Shown here: positions 41,695 through 52,065 of the stretch, one piece after another
Numbering within the stretch: the first letter of the stretch is position 1
Layout of the letters: every line of letters begins with the position of its first letter
Assembly: GCA_033551855.1 (NCBI GenBank)
Contig: JAWSUI010000001.1
Location: 96,001-160,000 of the forward strand
Source of the DNA: Deferrisomatales bacterium
Lineage (GTDB): Bacteria; Desulfobacterota; Deferrisomatia; Deferrisomatales; JACRMM01
DNA length: 64,000 nt
Reading direction: 5' to 3'
The notes under the pieces: model-generated
Databases searched by the model: none
Told to the model about the DNA's origin: nothing
The model's input: only the letters and a program-made list of their open reading frames with translations
Made by a program: the position numbers and the translations under genes

Positions 41695-44600
41695 TCAGCG
41701 CGCCGGGGCTGCCGGCGCCAGGCGGCCCAGGCGCGCTTGGGCCGCCCGGACCGGCTCTCCCTGGGCCTCGGCGGCCACCTTCTCGTAGAGGGCCCGCGCG
41801 CGGTCCGGATCCCCCTGCCCCTCGAGGAGTCCGCCCGCCCGCAGCAAGGCCCGCGCCGCAGCTTCGTCGGTAAGGGAATACAGATACCCGATCCGAAGGT
41901 AGGTTTCCAGGGCTTCCTGGCCCTTTCCCACGGCTTCCTCGGCGCTTCCCAGCGCCAGGAAGGCCCGCAGGCCGTCGGGGCTGAGGCCCATCCCCGCCGC
42001 CTCCGTCAGCGGCGCCAGGGCGCGGTCCGGTGCCCCGGCCCGGAGTCGGAGCTCGCCGAGGTCTGCCAGAACCCCCTGTCGGAGCAGCCGGGCCTGAGGA
42101 GGGCAGGTTCCCAGGGCGGCCGCGAGGCGTTCCTCGGAGCCGGCCCAGTCCTCGAGGTCGCGTGAGGCGGCGGCCGCGCTGCGCAGGGCCCGGCAGCGAT
42201 CCTCGCCGGCCGAACGCCGGCCCAGGGCGTCCCACGTGTCCCGGGCTGCCTCCGGGGGCCCCATCCGGTCGAGGACGCGGGCGAGCTCCCACAGGGCTGC
42301 CGCGCCGACGGGCCCCTCTTCCTCGGACACCTGCGAGAGGATTTCCGTGGCCTCCTCTGTGCGACCGGCCTCCAGAAGGCTCCGGGCGCCCTCCAACTGG
42401 GCCTGCGACGCTCGTGCGGCTGTCGGTGTGAGCTCAGCGGCCCGGCCGTAGGCGGCGGCGGCGGCCTCGGGCTCACCGCGCTCGGCGAGGGCCCGGGCCA
42501 ACAGGAGGAAGAGGTCTGCCGCCCGGGGGTCATCGCCGTGGCGAGAGGCGAAGCGCTCGGCAGCCCCGGCGAGGTCTTCGATGCGGCCGAGCCTCACCAG
42601 GGAGAGGGCCTGACCGTAAGACCCCTCCGGGGTGTCGCCCAGGGCAACGTAGCCCTCCAGGGCCTCGGCGTAGCGGCCGAGGTTGTACAGGCTGTCCGCG
42701 CGCTTGCGGCCTGCCTCTTCCGTGCCGGGCCCATCGGGCTCCAGGAGGAGGGCGGCCTCGAAGCGGGGTAGGGCCCGGTCGAAATGCCCCGCCGCAAAGT
42801 CCAGCCACCCCAGCGCCTGGTGGGCACGGGAGGCGAAGGGGCCCTGCGGGGCGTCTTCGAGCAGGCGGTAGAGGACGGTGCGCCCTTCCGCTTCCCGGTC
42901 GCCGCGGGCCAACATCCAGCCGCGATAGTAGCGGACTGCGTGCCGATGGGTCTCGTCCTGGGTCTCCGCCTCCAGGCGGTCCAGAGCTTCGAGGGCGGCC
43001 CGCAGCTCCCGTCGGTTGAAATGGGCGCGCGCTTCGTTCAGCAAAGCCTCGTCCCGGTTGGGATCGGTCGGGTAGGCCCGGGCGAAGCGACCAAAGAGGT
43101 CGGCGGCCTCGTCCCAACGCGCGTCCTGGAAGGCGAGCCATGCACGCCCCTGGAGGGCTTGGGGGTACGCCGCGCTCCCCTCCGGAACGGCGCGGAAGGC
43201 GCGCAGGGCCTGATCCCGCAGGCCCTGGCGCAGTCGGGCTTCCCCCAGCCAGGCCCACACCCGGTCCGCCTCGGCATAGTTGGGTGCTCGGCGCAGCGTT
43301 TCCTCGAACAGGGCGGCGGCCTCCGCCGGGCGGCCCGCGAGGAGCGCGCACAGGCCCCCGCGGTGCAGCGCGGGCGGGCCGAGGTCGGTCTCGGGGGGTA
43401 CCGCTCGGTAGGCAGCGCCCGCCTCCTCGTAGCGCTCGAGCTGGTAGAGGCTCTCGGCGATCATGAACCGTGGGATCGAGTCCTTCGGTGCGTCCCAGGC
43501 GCGCAGCGCAGAGCGGTAACGGGAGAGTGCTTCCTCGTACTCCCGCTGCCGGAAGGCGAGCCAACCCAGATCGGCTCGGGCCCACCCCACCCACGGCCCC
43601 TCGGGAGCCCTTGCCTCGAGCGCCCGCAGCGCCTCGGGAGCCTGGTGGTCCTCGGCGTCCACCAGGGCGCGGACCCTGCCGTAGAGGGCCGGGCCGAGGA
43701 GCTCCGGGGGGGGGTCGGATTCCAGGAGGGGCGAGAACCGCCGGTCGGCTTCCCGGGGCCTCCCCTGATCGAGGAGGGCCCACCCGAGGGCCACCCGGGC
43801 CGCCGGTGCGGAGGGGTGGTCCGGACTCTCCAGCAGGAACCGGAGGAGCACGGTCTCGGCGCCGGAGTGGTCCCCGGAGCCCTGCCGGGCGAGCCCCAGA
43901 GCCACGAGGCCTGCCGCCCGGACCTCCCGCGGGACCGAGTCGCCTCGTTCACCCAGGTCCCTTAGCGGCTGCAGGTAGTCCAGGGCTTCTTGGGGGTCCC
44001 CCGCGGCAAGGCGGTCGGCTCCGAGACGGTACAGGGCCTCGGGGCGGTGGATGCCGGCAGGGTCGCCGGCCAGGGACTCCCAGATGGGCCGAGCCTCCTC
44101 GGCTCGACCGAGGTCGGAGAGAAGCCAGGCGAGCCGGTAGGCGGCTTCCGGGGCGTAGTCTCCCTGGACCAGACGCAGAAATGCCGCCGCCTCCTCCGTC
44201 CGGCCCTGGCGCCGGCGGACCTCCGCGAGCCAGAAAGCGGCGTCGTCGGCTCGGGGATGCCGGGGGTGGTCCGCCCGGAGCTGGGCCAAGTAGGCTGCCG
44301 CTTCGTCGAGGACGTCTCGAGAGAGACGCTCCATCGCGGTCTTGTACAGCGCCTCGGCGCCGCCGGTCGCACGGGCCAGGGCGCCGCCGACAGGGTTTCT
44401 GTACGCACACCCCGGCGACCGAACTGCCGGCGCAGCCCCGAGGGCCGGGGAAGGGAGCACCTCGGGCGGCGGCTCCCATCGGACCGAAGCCTGGGCCAGG
44501 CGGGGCGCCTCGAGGGGGAGGAACCCGGCCCGCTGGGCGTCCAGGCGCACCTGGTCGATGCCGCGAACCACCACCTCCGGCAACTCGAGGCCCTCGGGGT

Positions 44601-44697
44601 TCGGCGCAATGCCAAGGGCCAGAGGGGCGCCGAGGGCGAGCGCGGCGCACCCGAGAAGGGCCCGGGCCAGGGGACGGGGAAGAGGGGCCAAGCGCAC
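41695..44697 (-). CDS. Large exported TPR protein (about 1000 aa)
   Basis: RBS CAGGAGG before GTG, signal peptide, many TPR-like repeats. Confidence 0.85.
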   Translation of the reverse strand: MRLAPLPRPLARALLGCAALALGAPLALGIAPNPEGLELPEVVVRGIDQVRLDAQRAGFLPLEAPRLAQASVRWEPPPEVLPSPALGAAPAVRSPGCAYRNPVGGALARATGGAEALYKTAMERLSRDVLDEAAAYLAQLRADHPRHPRADDAAFWLAEVRRRQGRTEEAAAFLRLVQGDYAPEAAYRLAWLLSDLGRAEEARPIWESLAGDPAGIHRPEALYRLGADRLAAGDPQEALDYLQPLRDLGERGDSVPREVRAAGLVALGLARQGSGDHSGAETVLLRFLLESPDHPSAPAARVALGWALLDQGRPREADRRFSPLLESDPPPELLGPALYGRVRALVDAEDHQAPEALRALEARAPEGPWVGWARADLGWLAFRQREYEEALSRYRSALRAWDAPKDSIPRFMIAESLYQLERYEEAGAAYRAVPPETDLGPPALHRGGLCALLAGRPAEAAALFEETLRRAPNYAEADRVWAWLGEARLRQGLRDQALRAFRAVPEGSAAYPQALQGRAWLAFQDARWDEAADLFGRFARAYPTDPNRDEALLNEARAHFNRRELRAALEALDRLEAETQDETHRHAVRYYRGWMLARGDREAEGRTVLYRLLEDAPQGPFASRAHQALGWLDFAAGHFDRALPRFEAALLLEPDGPGTEEAGRKRADSLYNLGRYAEALEGYVALGDTPEGSYGQALSLVRLGRIEDLAGAAERFASRHGDDPRAADLFLLLARALAERGEPEAAAAAYGRAAELTPTAARASQAQLEGARSLLEAGRTEEATEILSQVSEEEGPVGAAALWELARVLDRMGPPEAARDTWDALGRRSAGEDRCRALRSAAAASRDLEDWAGSEERLAAALGTCPPQARLLRQGVLADLGELRLRAGAPDRALAPLTEAAGMGLSPDGLRAFLALGSAEEAVGKGQEALETYLRIGYLYSLTDEAAARALLRAGGLLEGQGDPDRARALYEKVAAEAQGEPVRAAQARLGRLAPAAPAR

Positions 44698-44918
44698 GGG
44701 CGCCTCCTGTTCGGGGAAGGGGGCGGGCCGCAGCCGGTCGGCACGGAGAAGGGAACGCCCCAGCGGGAGGGTGCAGTATAACACCGGTGCCGCGGGGACT
44801 GTACCCGGCAGGCGTTCCGTGCCCCGTCGTCCCCGCCGAGCTCGTCACAGGACGGACGCACGGGTGTCGGAGCTCTGAGCGCAGCCGGACGGAGAGGAGA
44901 GGTCAGAAGGACCGTTCG

Positions 44919-46064
44919 TCAGGGCGGCTCCGCGTGCACCCGATCGAGGAACTCAGAGATCCGGTGGGCGTAGTGGTCGACTTCGACCAGGAAGGCGTCG
45001 TGGCCGTAGTCGCTCTCGACGGACACGTGCTCCACGTCCTTGCCCAGGCGCCGGAGGACCCCTTCCATGACCCGGGAGTCCTCGGGGGGGTAGAGCCAGT
45101 CGGAGGTGAAGGTCACGAAGCGCACCCGGGCCCGAATCTGCGAGAGCGCCTCCTCCATGCCTCCGGCGAAGCCGTCCCCCAAGTCGAAGGTGTCGAGGGC
45201 CTTGGTGAGGTAGAGGTAGCTGTTCGCGTCGAATCGGTCGGGGAACTTGTATCCATTATAATGGAGGTAGCGCTCCACGTCGTACTGGGCGGTGAAGGCG
45301 TAGATCCCCTCGCGGCCCGAGATCCGCCGCCCGAACTTCCTGCGCATGGAGGCATCGCTCATGAAGGTGAGGTGGCCGATCATCCGCGCTATGGCGAGCC
45401 CGTCCCGAGGGGGCTCGCCGCCATAGTACTCCCCCCCCTTCCAGTTGGGGTCGGTCATGATGGCGCGCCGCCCGATCTTGTTGAAACCGATGCACAGTGG
45501 CGACGAGGCGCCGGTGGTGGAGATCGGGATGACGGAGCGGACCCGATCCGGATGCCGGACCGCCCACTCCAGCGCCTGCATTCCTCCCATCGAGCCGCCG
45601 ATGGCGCAAAGGAGGCGCTCGATGCCCAAGAGGTCAAGCACCCGAGCCTGGACGCGGACCATATCCCGCACAGTGATGATCGGGAACTTCATCCCGTAGG
45701 GCTTGCCCGTGCGGGGGTTTGTGCTCGCGGGCCCCGTCGTGCCCTGGCAACCCCCCAGCACGTTGACGCAGACGACGAAGTACCGGTCCGTGTCGATGCC
45801 GCGCCCCGGGCCGATCATGGGATCCCACCAGCCAGGGCGCCGGTCGTCCGGCCCGAGAATTCCGGCAGCGTGGGCGTCCCCTGACAGGGCGTGACAGACC
45901 AGCACCGCGTTGTCCGCGGAAGGCGAGAGCCGGCCGTACGTCTCGAAGCAGACGTCTATCGGACCCAGGATGCGGCCGCTTTGGAGGTGGAGCTCACCGG
46001 GGGGCTCGCACACCGCCACCTGGCGCGGGGCAACGAGCCCCACACCGCTGTCGGACAGCGTCAC
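44919..46064 (-). CDS. metX: Homoserine O-acetyltransferase
   Basis: CHALSGD, GGSMGG, GHDAFL; preceded by a SAM-I riboswitch. Confidence 0.95.
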   Translation of the reverse strand: MTLSDSGVGLVAPRQVAVCEPPGELHLQSGRILGPIDVCFETYGRLSPSADNAVLVCHALSGDAHAAGILGPDDRRPGWWDPMIGPGRGIDTDRYFVVCVNVLGGCQGTTGPASTNPRTGKPYGMKFPIITVRDMVRVQARVLDLLGIERLLCAIGGSMGGMQALEWAVRHPDRVRSVIPISTTGASSPLCIGFNKIGRRAIMTDPNWKGGEYYGGEPPRDGLAIARMIGHLTFMSDASMRRKFGRRISGREGIYAFTAQYDVERYLHYNGYKFPDRFDANSYLYLTKALDTFDLGDGFAGGMEEALSQIRARVRFVTFTSDWLYPPEDSRVMEGVLRRLGKDVEHVSVESDYGHDAFLVEVDHYAHRISEFLDRVHAEPP

Positions 46065-46138
46065 ACGCGACTCCTCGGAAGGGCGGCGTCGGGAGGTGTG
46101 CCGGTGCGGCGAGGGGCCGCCGGCAGGAGGCCGACCTT

Positions 46139-46240
46139 CTCATCTCTCGGGGCAGGACGCCCCGCAGGAATTAGCACCTTGCCCGGGGGGCCGGTTGCTG
46201 TGGCTTCGCAGGGCCTGGTCCCTCCGCCACTCTCGATAAG
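46139..46240 (-). ncRNA. SAM-I (S-box) riboswitch
   Basis: CTTATCGAGAGTGGCGGAGGGACCAGGCCCTGCGAAGCCACAGCAACC...GGTGCTAATTCC...GAGAGATGAG. Confidence 0.95.
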
Positions 46241-46273
46241 AAGCGCTTTCCGGCGTTGTCGACCGGAATAGTG

Positions 46274-46302
46274 TTTATAGCACCGCGGAACGGGGGCGTC
46301 AA
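46274..46302 (-). promoter_or_regulatory. Putative sigma70 promoter for riboswitch-metX
   Basis: TTGACG-17 bp-TATAAA with extended TG. Confidence 0.6.
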
Positions 46303-46315
46303 ACCCCTGTTTTTT

Positions 46316-46524
46316 GGATCATCCGGGAAATGGCCGGGTAGTCGTGTCCAGGGACGATCGGGTGGGCCCGACCACGTAGGCGGACGGCCGCTCGACGGGA
46401 GCAGCCGCTTCGGGAGTCGCGATGCCGCGAGGATTCCGGACGCGGCGGGGGAGAACACCTACCGTGCAGCCCGGCCTCGTCTGCCGGAGTGGGCGGGCCC
46501 GCCCGGTCGTCTGCCGGAAGAACC
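46316..46524 (-). mobile_element. 209-bp MITE, family 1, copy D (inverted)
   Basis: Reverse complement of copies A-C; TSD TGTTTTTT/TGTTTTTC. Confidence 0.9.
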
Positions 46525-46581
46525 TGTTTTTCCCTCGGATCCGCCGTTTCCGTGTGGAGCCGGGCAGGGGAGGAACGGCTC

Positions 46582-47049
46582 TCAGTCCTGGCAGTCGGCG
46601 CAGAGCCCGTACAGCTCGAGGCGATGATACGTCACCCGAAAGCCGCGGCGGCCCGCGATGTCCTGCTGCAGCTTCTCGATGGTAGGGTCTTCGAACTCCT
46701 GGATGCCGCCGCAGGCGAGGCACACCAGGTGGTCGTGGTGGCCGACGTCCATCCCGGCCTCGTAGCGGACCCGCCCCTCGTGGAAGCGCCTCTCTTTTGC
46801 GATCCCGGCTTCCACGAAGAGGCTCATGCTCCGGTAGACGGTGGCGTGTCCGATGGAGGGATTCGTCCTCCGGATGCGCCCGCACAGCTCGTCCACGCTC
46901 ACGTGGGCGCCTTCCCGAAGGAAGGTGTCGAGAACGACATCCCTCTGGCGAGTCGCCCGCAGCCCCTTCTGCTTCAGGTAGGCCGCCAGCCGCGCGCGTG
47001 CGTCCGCCACCCGCTGGGACGAAGCATCCTCAACCTTGCGTCGCGCCAT
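46582..47049 (-). CDS. fur: Fur family transcriptional regulator
   Basis: GLRATRQR, ATVYR, HHDHLVCLACG, CADC. Confidence 0.9.
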   Translation of the reverse strand: MARRKVEDASSQRVADARARLAAYLKQKGLRATRQRDVVLDTFLREGAHVSVDELCGRIRRTNPSIGHATVYRSMSLFVEAGIAKERRFHEGRVRYEAGMDVGHHDHLVCLACGGIQEFEDPTIEKLQQDIAGRRGFRVTYHRLELYGLCADCQD

Positions 47050-47650
47050 GGCTTGCCTCCGCCAGGTCCGCCTTCACGGCCGCGACCAGCTCGGTGCCGA
47101 GGTTTCGGGCCTCTTCCAGGGCTTCCGGGCGCCGGAGGATCGCCCCTTTCTCGTCCACCTCCCGGCACGTCACGGTCCGCCACGGTGCGGCGTCCAGGGT
47201 GTCGAGGAAGTAGCGGAAGGTCAGGAGAGGACCGTCGAAGATCTTCGCTCCCGCGGAGCCCCCGACGCTGAGGAAGACCCCCTTGCGAACGGCGAGCGGG
47301 GTCCGGTTGGCGCTCTTGCCGCGCAGGTACTTGAGGGACCAGAAGGCTTGGCAGCGATCGATGAACGCCTTTGTGTGGGCGCTCACGGAATAGAACATGA
47401 CCGGGCTCGCGAGGGCGATGGCGTGGGTGTCCCGCAGCGCCTCATACAGGCTCTGCATGTCATCCCGGAGGGCGCAGCGCCCCTCCTCTTTGCAGGCGTA
47501 GATCTCGCGGCACGGGGAGATCTTCAGGTCTCGCAGGTAGACGCGCTCGGCAACGCCGCCGCCCTCCTCCACGCCCTGGGCAAACGCGTCGAGGAGCAGG
47601 TCGGTGTTTCCGCGGATGCGCGGGCTGCCGTAGAGGCACAGCACCCGCAC
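47030..47650 (-). CDS. Flavodoxin family protein/NADPH-dependent FMN reductase
   Basis: GSPRIRGNT, PCREIYAC...C, ASPVMF, KAFIDR; start uncertain (47650 or 47704). Confidence 0.85.
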   Translation of the reverse strand: MRVLCLYGSPRIRGNTDLLLDAFAQGVEEGGGVAERVYLRDLKISPCREIYACKEEGRCALRDDMQSLYEALRDTHAIALASPVMFYSVSAHTKAFIDRCQAFWSLKYLRGKSANRTPLAVRKGVFLSVGGSAGAKIFDGPLLTFRYFLDTLDAAPWRTVTCREVDEKGAILRRPEALEEARNLGTELVAAVKADLAEASHGATQG

Positions 47651-47670
47651 CGTGGCGCCGGTGGGCTCGT

Positions 47671-47700
47671 TTGACAGTGTGGCCGGGCGGTCGCTAGAAT
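47671..47700 (+). promoter_or_regulatory. Putative sigma70 promoter
   Basis: TTGACA-18 bp-TAGAAT. Confidence 0.55.
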
Positions 47701-47758
47701 CCATCAGGCTCTGTTTTTTGGCGACTCCAGGCCCTTGGGGGGCTCCGGGACGAAGGAG

Positions 47759-48241
47759 ATGGCGATGAGCGTTCGAGAGGCTGCCGTCGTCGCGCTGGGC
47801 GACGCCGTGAAATTCGAATCGGACGGCCGGGATTTCTACCTTCGAGCCGCGGAGCAGGCCGAAGAACCGGCGGCCAGAGCCGTCTTTCTCGCCCTGGCCG
47901 AGGACGAGAAGGACCACGTGGGAAGGGTACGGGAGATCTACGAAGAACTCAAGGACAAGCCCGGCTGGCCGGATGTCTCCTCCATGGTGACCCGGCGCTC
48001 TGGAGTTCTCGATGCTTTCGAGGCGGCATCCGCCCGCCTGTCGGGGGCAGCCTCGGAGCACGCGACGGTCCGTCAGGCGCTGGCTACGGCGCGGGACATG
48101 GAGAAGAAGGGCCTCGCCTTTTACCGAGACCGGGCGTCCCGCGCGACGTGCGAGGCCGAGGCGGAGTTCTATCGGCGTCTCGCCGACGAGGAGCAGATCC
48201 ACCTCACGGCGGTCGAGGGGCTGTTGTCTGCGCTGGGCTGA
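47759..48241 (+). CDS. Ferritin-like/rubrerythrin-domain protein
   Basis: Duplicated E...FY...LAxxExxH motifs. Confidence 0.87.
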   Translation: MAMSVREAAVVALGDAVKFESDGRDFYLRAAEQAEEPAARAVFLALAEDEKDHVGRVREIYEELKDKPGWPDVSSMVTRRSGVLDAFEAASARLSGAASEHATVRQALATARDMEKKGLAFYRDRASRATCEAEAEFYRRLADEEQIHLTAVEGLLSALG

Positions 48242-48248
48242 TCCGTCG

Positions 48249-49163
48249 GTGCGATCCCCGTTGGTTGGGCCGGAGGACCGACTCGGCCCCGGGCTCCATA
48301 CCCTTGGCCCCGGTGTCTGGATCACCTCGGGGCGGTCCGTTGTCCTGGAGGGGGCGGACCACCTCGCCTTGGTGGATCCGGGGGACGAGCCCTTCGGGAA
48401 CCCCGCCGCGCCGACCGGGCCGCTGGCGGAGCTGCGCCGCCTGGAGCGGGAGACGGGCAAGGTCCTCTCCTGGATCCTCGTCACCCACTCCCATCCCGAT
48501 CACGTCGCCAATCTCTCGGTGCTGCGAGCCGCGGCACCCGATGCACGGGTCGTGGCCCACCGCGGCGGCCCCCTGGAGGCGGATCTGTCCGTGGGCCGGC
48601 GGGTGTGGCTCGAGCTGGGGGGCGGGGTCGAGGCAATCCCCACCCCTGGACACAGCGCCGCCGGAGATGACCTCTCGTTCTGGCGCCCCGAGGGAGCGCT
48701 CCTGCTCCCGGGCGATCTCGTGCAGCCCAAGGGGGAGACCTGGGGCGCCGCCTTCTACCCCAGCCCGTGGCCGTACTTCACCGAACCGGCGCCCTATCTG
48801 CGCAGCCTCGAGGGTCTCTCCCGACTGCCCTTCTCGGTTTTGGCCACCGGCCACCGGGAGGTGCGGTTCGAAGCGCAGGCCCGCGCGTGGCTGGAGCTCA
48901 CCGCGCGGGCCATCCGGAGAGTGGGGGAAGAGGTGGCCCGGTGGCGCGGTGCCGATGACCTGGCGGCGGCCGGGCCCGCCATCTTTCGTCTCCTCGCCGA
49001 AGAGCGGGGAATCCCCGCGTCCGAGGTGGCCCGTCGGCTGGCCGTGGACGGGCAGGGCACCTCGCCCTTTCAGCGCTTCGACCTGCCGGGGGTCACGGGG
49101 TACTGGGCGCGAAGGTGCAGGAGGGCTCGGGGAGACGCGGAGGACGGGCTCCCCGGCCCGTGA
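48249..49163 (+). CDS. MBL-fold metallo-hydrolase
   Basis: THSHPDH, TPGHS, GD, TGH; start approximate. Confidence 0.82.
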   Translation: MRSPLVGPEDRLGPGLHTLGPGVWITSGRSVVLEGADHLALVDPGDEPFGNPAAPTGPLAELRRLERETGKVLSWILVTHSHPDHVANLSVLRAAAPDARVVAHRGGPLEADLSVGRRVWLELGGGVEAIPTPGHSAAGDDLSFWRPEGALLLPGDLVQPKGETWGAAFYPSPWPYFTEPAPYLRSLEGLSRLPFSVLATGHREVRFEAQARAWLELTARAIRRVGEEVARWRGADDLAAAGPAIFRLLAEERGIPASEVARRLAVDGQGTSPFQRFDLPGVTGYWARRCRRARGDAEDGLPGP

Positions 49164-49205
49164 CCGCCGTGAGGAGAGGGGCCGGCCGGGCCGGGAACGA
49201 CGACT

Positions 49206-49234
49206 TTGACACCCCCCCCGACGCTTGCTAGATT
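49206..49234 (+). promoter_or_regulatory. Putative sigma70 promoter for nifUS
   Basis: TTGACA-17 bp-TAGATT. Confidence 0.6.
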
Positions 49235-49287
49235 CCAGCGGCTATCTTGGACGCCTTGCGGCGATCGCGCTGCGGAGGGATGCCCCG

Positions 49288-50130
49288 ATGTGGGATTACA
49301 CGGATAAGGTCAAGGATCACTTCCTGAACCCGCGCAACGCGGGGAAGATGGCGGACGCGGACGCCGTGGGTGAAGTGGGGAGCCTCGCGTGCGGGGACGC
49401 CCTGCGGTTGTATCTCAAGGTTGCGGACGACCGGATCGTCGATGCCTCGTTCCAGACCTTCGGGTGCGGGAGCGCGATCGCTTCCAGCTCGGCCCTCACG
49501 GAGATGGTCAAGGGCAAGACCCTGGATGAGGCCCTCCGGGTGACGAACCGCGACATTGCGGACTTTCTGGGGGGCCTGCCCAAGGAGAAGATGCATTGCT
49601 CGGTCATGGGACGTGAGGCCCTGGAGGCAGCGATCAACAGCTACCGGGGGATCGAGATTTCGAAGCACGAGCTCGAAGGCGAGGTGGTGTGTGAGTGCTT
49701 CGGGGTGACGGATGCGCAGATTCGGCGGGCCATCGAGGAGAACGACCTCAAGAGCGTCGAGGACGTTACGCACTACACCAAGGCCGGCGGGGGATGCGAG
49801 CGGTGCCTGCCGGACATCGAGCGCATACTGGCGGAGGAGCGGGGAGCCCGGGAGGCGAGACCTGTCCCTGAGGGGGCGGCCCCGAGGAAGCTCACCAACA
49901 TCCAGCGCATTCAGTTGGTGCAGAAGGTGATCGACGAGGAAATCCGGCCGAGCCTGCAGGCTGACGGGGGCGACCTGGAACTCGTGGACGTCGACGGCGG
50001 CACGGTGTACGTGAGCCTGCGGGGCACGTGCACCCATTGCCCGTCCAGCCAGCTGACCCTCAAGGGAGGGGTGGAAGCGCGGCTCCGGGAGATCGTCGAT
50101 CCCGACCTCCAGGTAGTGGAGGTGCAGTGA
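49288..50130 (+). CDS. nifU: Fe-S cluster scaffold NifU
   Basis: [42 protein letters not shown]. Confidence 0.96.
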   Translation: MWDYTDKVKDHFLNPRNAGKMADADAVGEVGSLACGDALRLYLKVADDRIVDASFQTFGCGSAIASSSALTEMVKGKTLDEALRVTNRDIADFLGGLPKEKMHCSVMGREALEAAINSYRGIEISKHELEGEVVCECFGVTDAQIRRAIEENDLKSVEDVTHYTKAGGGCERCLPDIERILAEERGAREARPVPEGAAPRKLTNIQRIQLVQKVIDEEIRPSLQADGGDLELVDVDGGTVYVSLRGTCTHCPSSQLTLKGGVEARLREIVDPDLQVVEVQ

Positions 50131-51314
50131 TGGAGACGGTCTACCTGGACAACAACGCCACGACGCGGGTGGACCCCGTGGTCTTCGAGGAGATGCGCCC
50201 GTACTTCTGCGAGCGGTACGGGAACCCCTCGAGCATGCACTCCTTCGGCGGCCACGTGGGGGTGAAGATCGCGGAGGCCCGGGAGCGGGTGGCAGAGCTC
50301 CTCGGCTGCGACCCCCCTGAGATCTTGTTCACTTCCTGCGGGACCGAAGGCGACAGCACGGCTATCCGCTCCGCTTTGGAGGCGCAGCCGGAGAAGCGGC
50401 ACCTCGTGACCACCAAGGTCGAGCACCCGGCGGTGCTGAACCTGGCCAACCACCTGGTCAAGAAGGGTTACCACCTGACCCTTCTCGGGGTGGACGGTGA
50501 CGGGAGGATCGACCTCGAGGAGCTTCGCAGCAGTCTGCGGGACGACACGGCCCTGGTGTCTCTCATGTACGCGAACAACGAGACCGGCACCGTGTTTCCC
50601 TTGCAGCAGGCGGCCGAGATCGTGAAGAGCCGCGGGATCCTCCTCCACACCGACGCCGTGCAGGCCGTGGGGAAGCTGGCCGTGGACCTGCGGACCCTGC
50701 CGGTGGACTTCCTGGTGCTGTCGGGTCACAAGCTCCATGCCCCGAAGGGGGTCGGAGCGCTCTACGTGCGCCGCCGGACGCCGTTTCGGCCGTTTCTCGT
50801 CGGCGGCCACCAGGAGAGAGGCCGTCGGGGAGGCACGGAGAATGCCCCGGGCATCATCGGCCTAGGCAAGGCCTGCGAGCTCGCGGGCGCGAACCTGGCG
50901 GAGGAGAGCGGGCGGGTGAGGGGTCTGCGGGATCGCTTGGAGAAGGGGCTCCTCGAGGCGATCCCCGATGCCCGACGCAACGGCGATCCCATGGAGCGGC
51001 TTCCGAACACTACCAGTCTGGCGTTCAAGTTCGTCGAAGGCGAGGCGATCCTGCTGCTCCTGGATCAGCTGGGCATCTGTGCCAGCTCGGGCTCCGCTTG
51101 CACCTCGGGGAGCCTGGAGCCTTCCCACGTGCTGCGCGCCATGGGGGTACCGTTCACCTATGCCCACGGGTCGATCCGGTTCAGCTTGAGCCGCTTCTCC
51201 ACCGAGGCGGAGGTGGACTTCGTGGTCAGGGAGATGCCGGGAATCATCCAGCGGCTGCGGGCGATATCCCCCTTTCAGGAGGGGGATCAGCCCACGGCCG
51301 CCGGCACCTGCTGA
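50130..51314 (+). CDS. nifS: Cysteine desulfurase NifS
   Basis: YLDNNATT, SGHKLH, SSGSACTS. Confidence 0.96.
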   Translation: METVYLDNNATTRVDPVVFEEMRPYFCERYGNPSSMHSFGGHVGVKIAEARERVAELLGCDPPEILFTSCGTEGDSTAIRSALEAQPEKRHLVTTKVEHPAVLNLANHLVKKGYHLTLLGVDGDGRIDLEELRSSLRDDTALVSLMYANNETGTVFPLQQAAEIVKSRGILLHTDAVQAVGKLAVDLRTLPVDFLVLSGHKLHAPKGVGALYVRRRTPFRPFLVGGHQERGRRGGTENAPGIIGLGKACELAGANLAEESGRVRGLRDRLEKGLLEAIPDARRNGDPMERLPNTTSLAFKFVEGEAILLLLDQLGICASSGSACTSGSLEPSHVLRAMGVPFTYAHGSIRFSLSRFSTEAEVDFVVREMPGIIQRLRAISPFQEGDQPTAAGTC

Positions 51315-51373
51315 CAGCGGCGTCCGGGGGGCGGGGAAGGTCCTCGGGCGCGCCCACGGGCTCTGAGGGCACG

Positions 51374-51922
51374 GTGAGCCGCGAGCATTTGGACCGTCTC
51401 GAGCGAAGGATCGAACAACTCCGGAGGGAGTACGAACTGTTCCTCGCGGGGCAGCGGCGGGGAGAGCCCGTCGCCCTGCGGGAGGAGATCAGGCGGGAAC
51501 TGCTCGCGAGAACCCGCCAGCCACCGCCTTCCACGGCGGCCGGTTTTCGCGTGCGGGCCCTTGCCCTCCGCTTCCAGGCCGTGGAAGCCCAAGTGCGCCG
51601 GCTCCTGGAGCCCCGAGGCGCCCGAAAGGGGGGCCGGCCGTCGGGGGTCGGGGGGGAGCAGGGTGTCCTGCTCCAGCGGAGTTGCCTGGAGGAGCGTGGG
51701 CTGTTGCAGGGGGGCGCTGCCCGGCTCCATCGCGAGCTGGTTTGCCTGGTGGGGGAGCGGGGGGCGCCGCCCGCCGGTGTGGTGTGTGAACGCCTGGAAG
51801 CCGAGATGCGCAGGCAGCTCGCGGTGCCGGGCGTGGAAGGGGTGCGGTTCCGGGTCGAACGGGGGGAAGCCGGCGCGACGATCCGGGGGACGGTCGTTCG
51901 AAGGGCCGACGGGCCTGGCTGA
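51374..51922 (+). CDS. Hypothetical protein (resembles the MXAN_5187 C-terminal-type domain)
   Basis: LRREYELFLAGQRRGEP ... VRFRVERGE pattern recalled from deltaproteobacterial proteins. Confidence 0.5.
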   Translation: MSREHLDRLERRIEQLRREYELFLAGQRRGEPVALREEIRRELLARTRQPPPSTAAGFRVRALALRFQAVEAQVRRLLEPRGARKGGRPSGVGGEQGVLLQRSCLEERGLLQGGAARLHRELVCLVGERGAPPAGVVCERLEAEMRRQLAVPGVEGVRFRVERGEAGATIRGTVVRRADGPG

Positions 51923-52065
51923 GAGGCCCCGGCCGTCAGGAGTGCGCCGCAGCCCCGCCAGGGGGGCTGCGGCGCAGGACCGTCCCGCCGAGGAGCTCCT
52001 GTCGTCGATTTCTCGGCCTCTTGCTGGCGCGAGGGCCCGGCGCCGCCAGCAAGTAGGCCGGGAGA

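Noticed and set aside
49288..51314. Nitrogen fixation cluster
   Set aside because: Only nifU and nifS are present; standalone NIF-type Fe-S assembly is common in anaerobes, and there is no nifHDK here.
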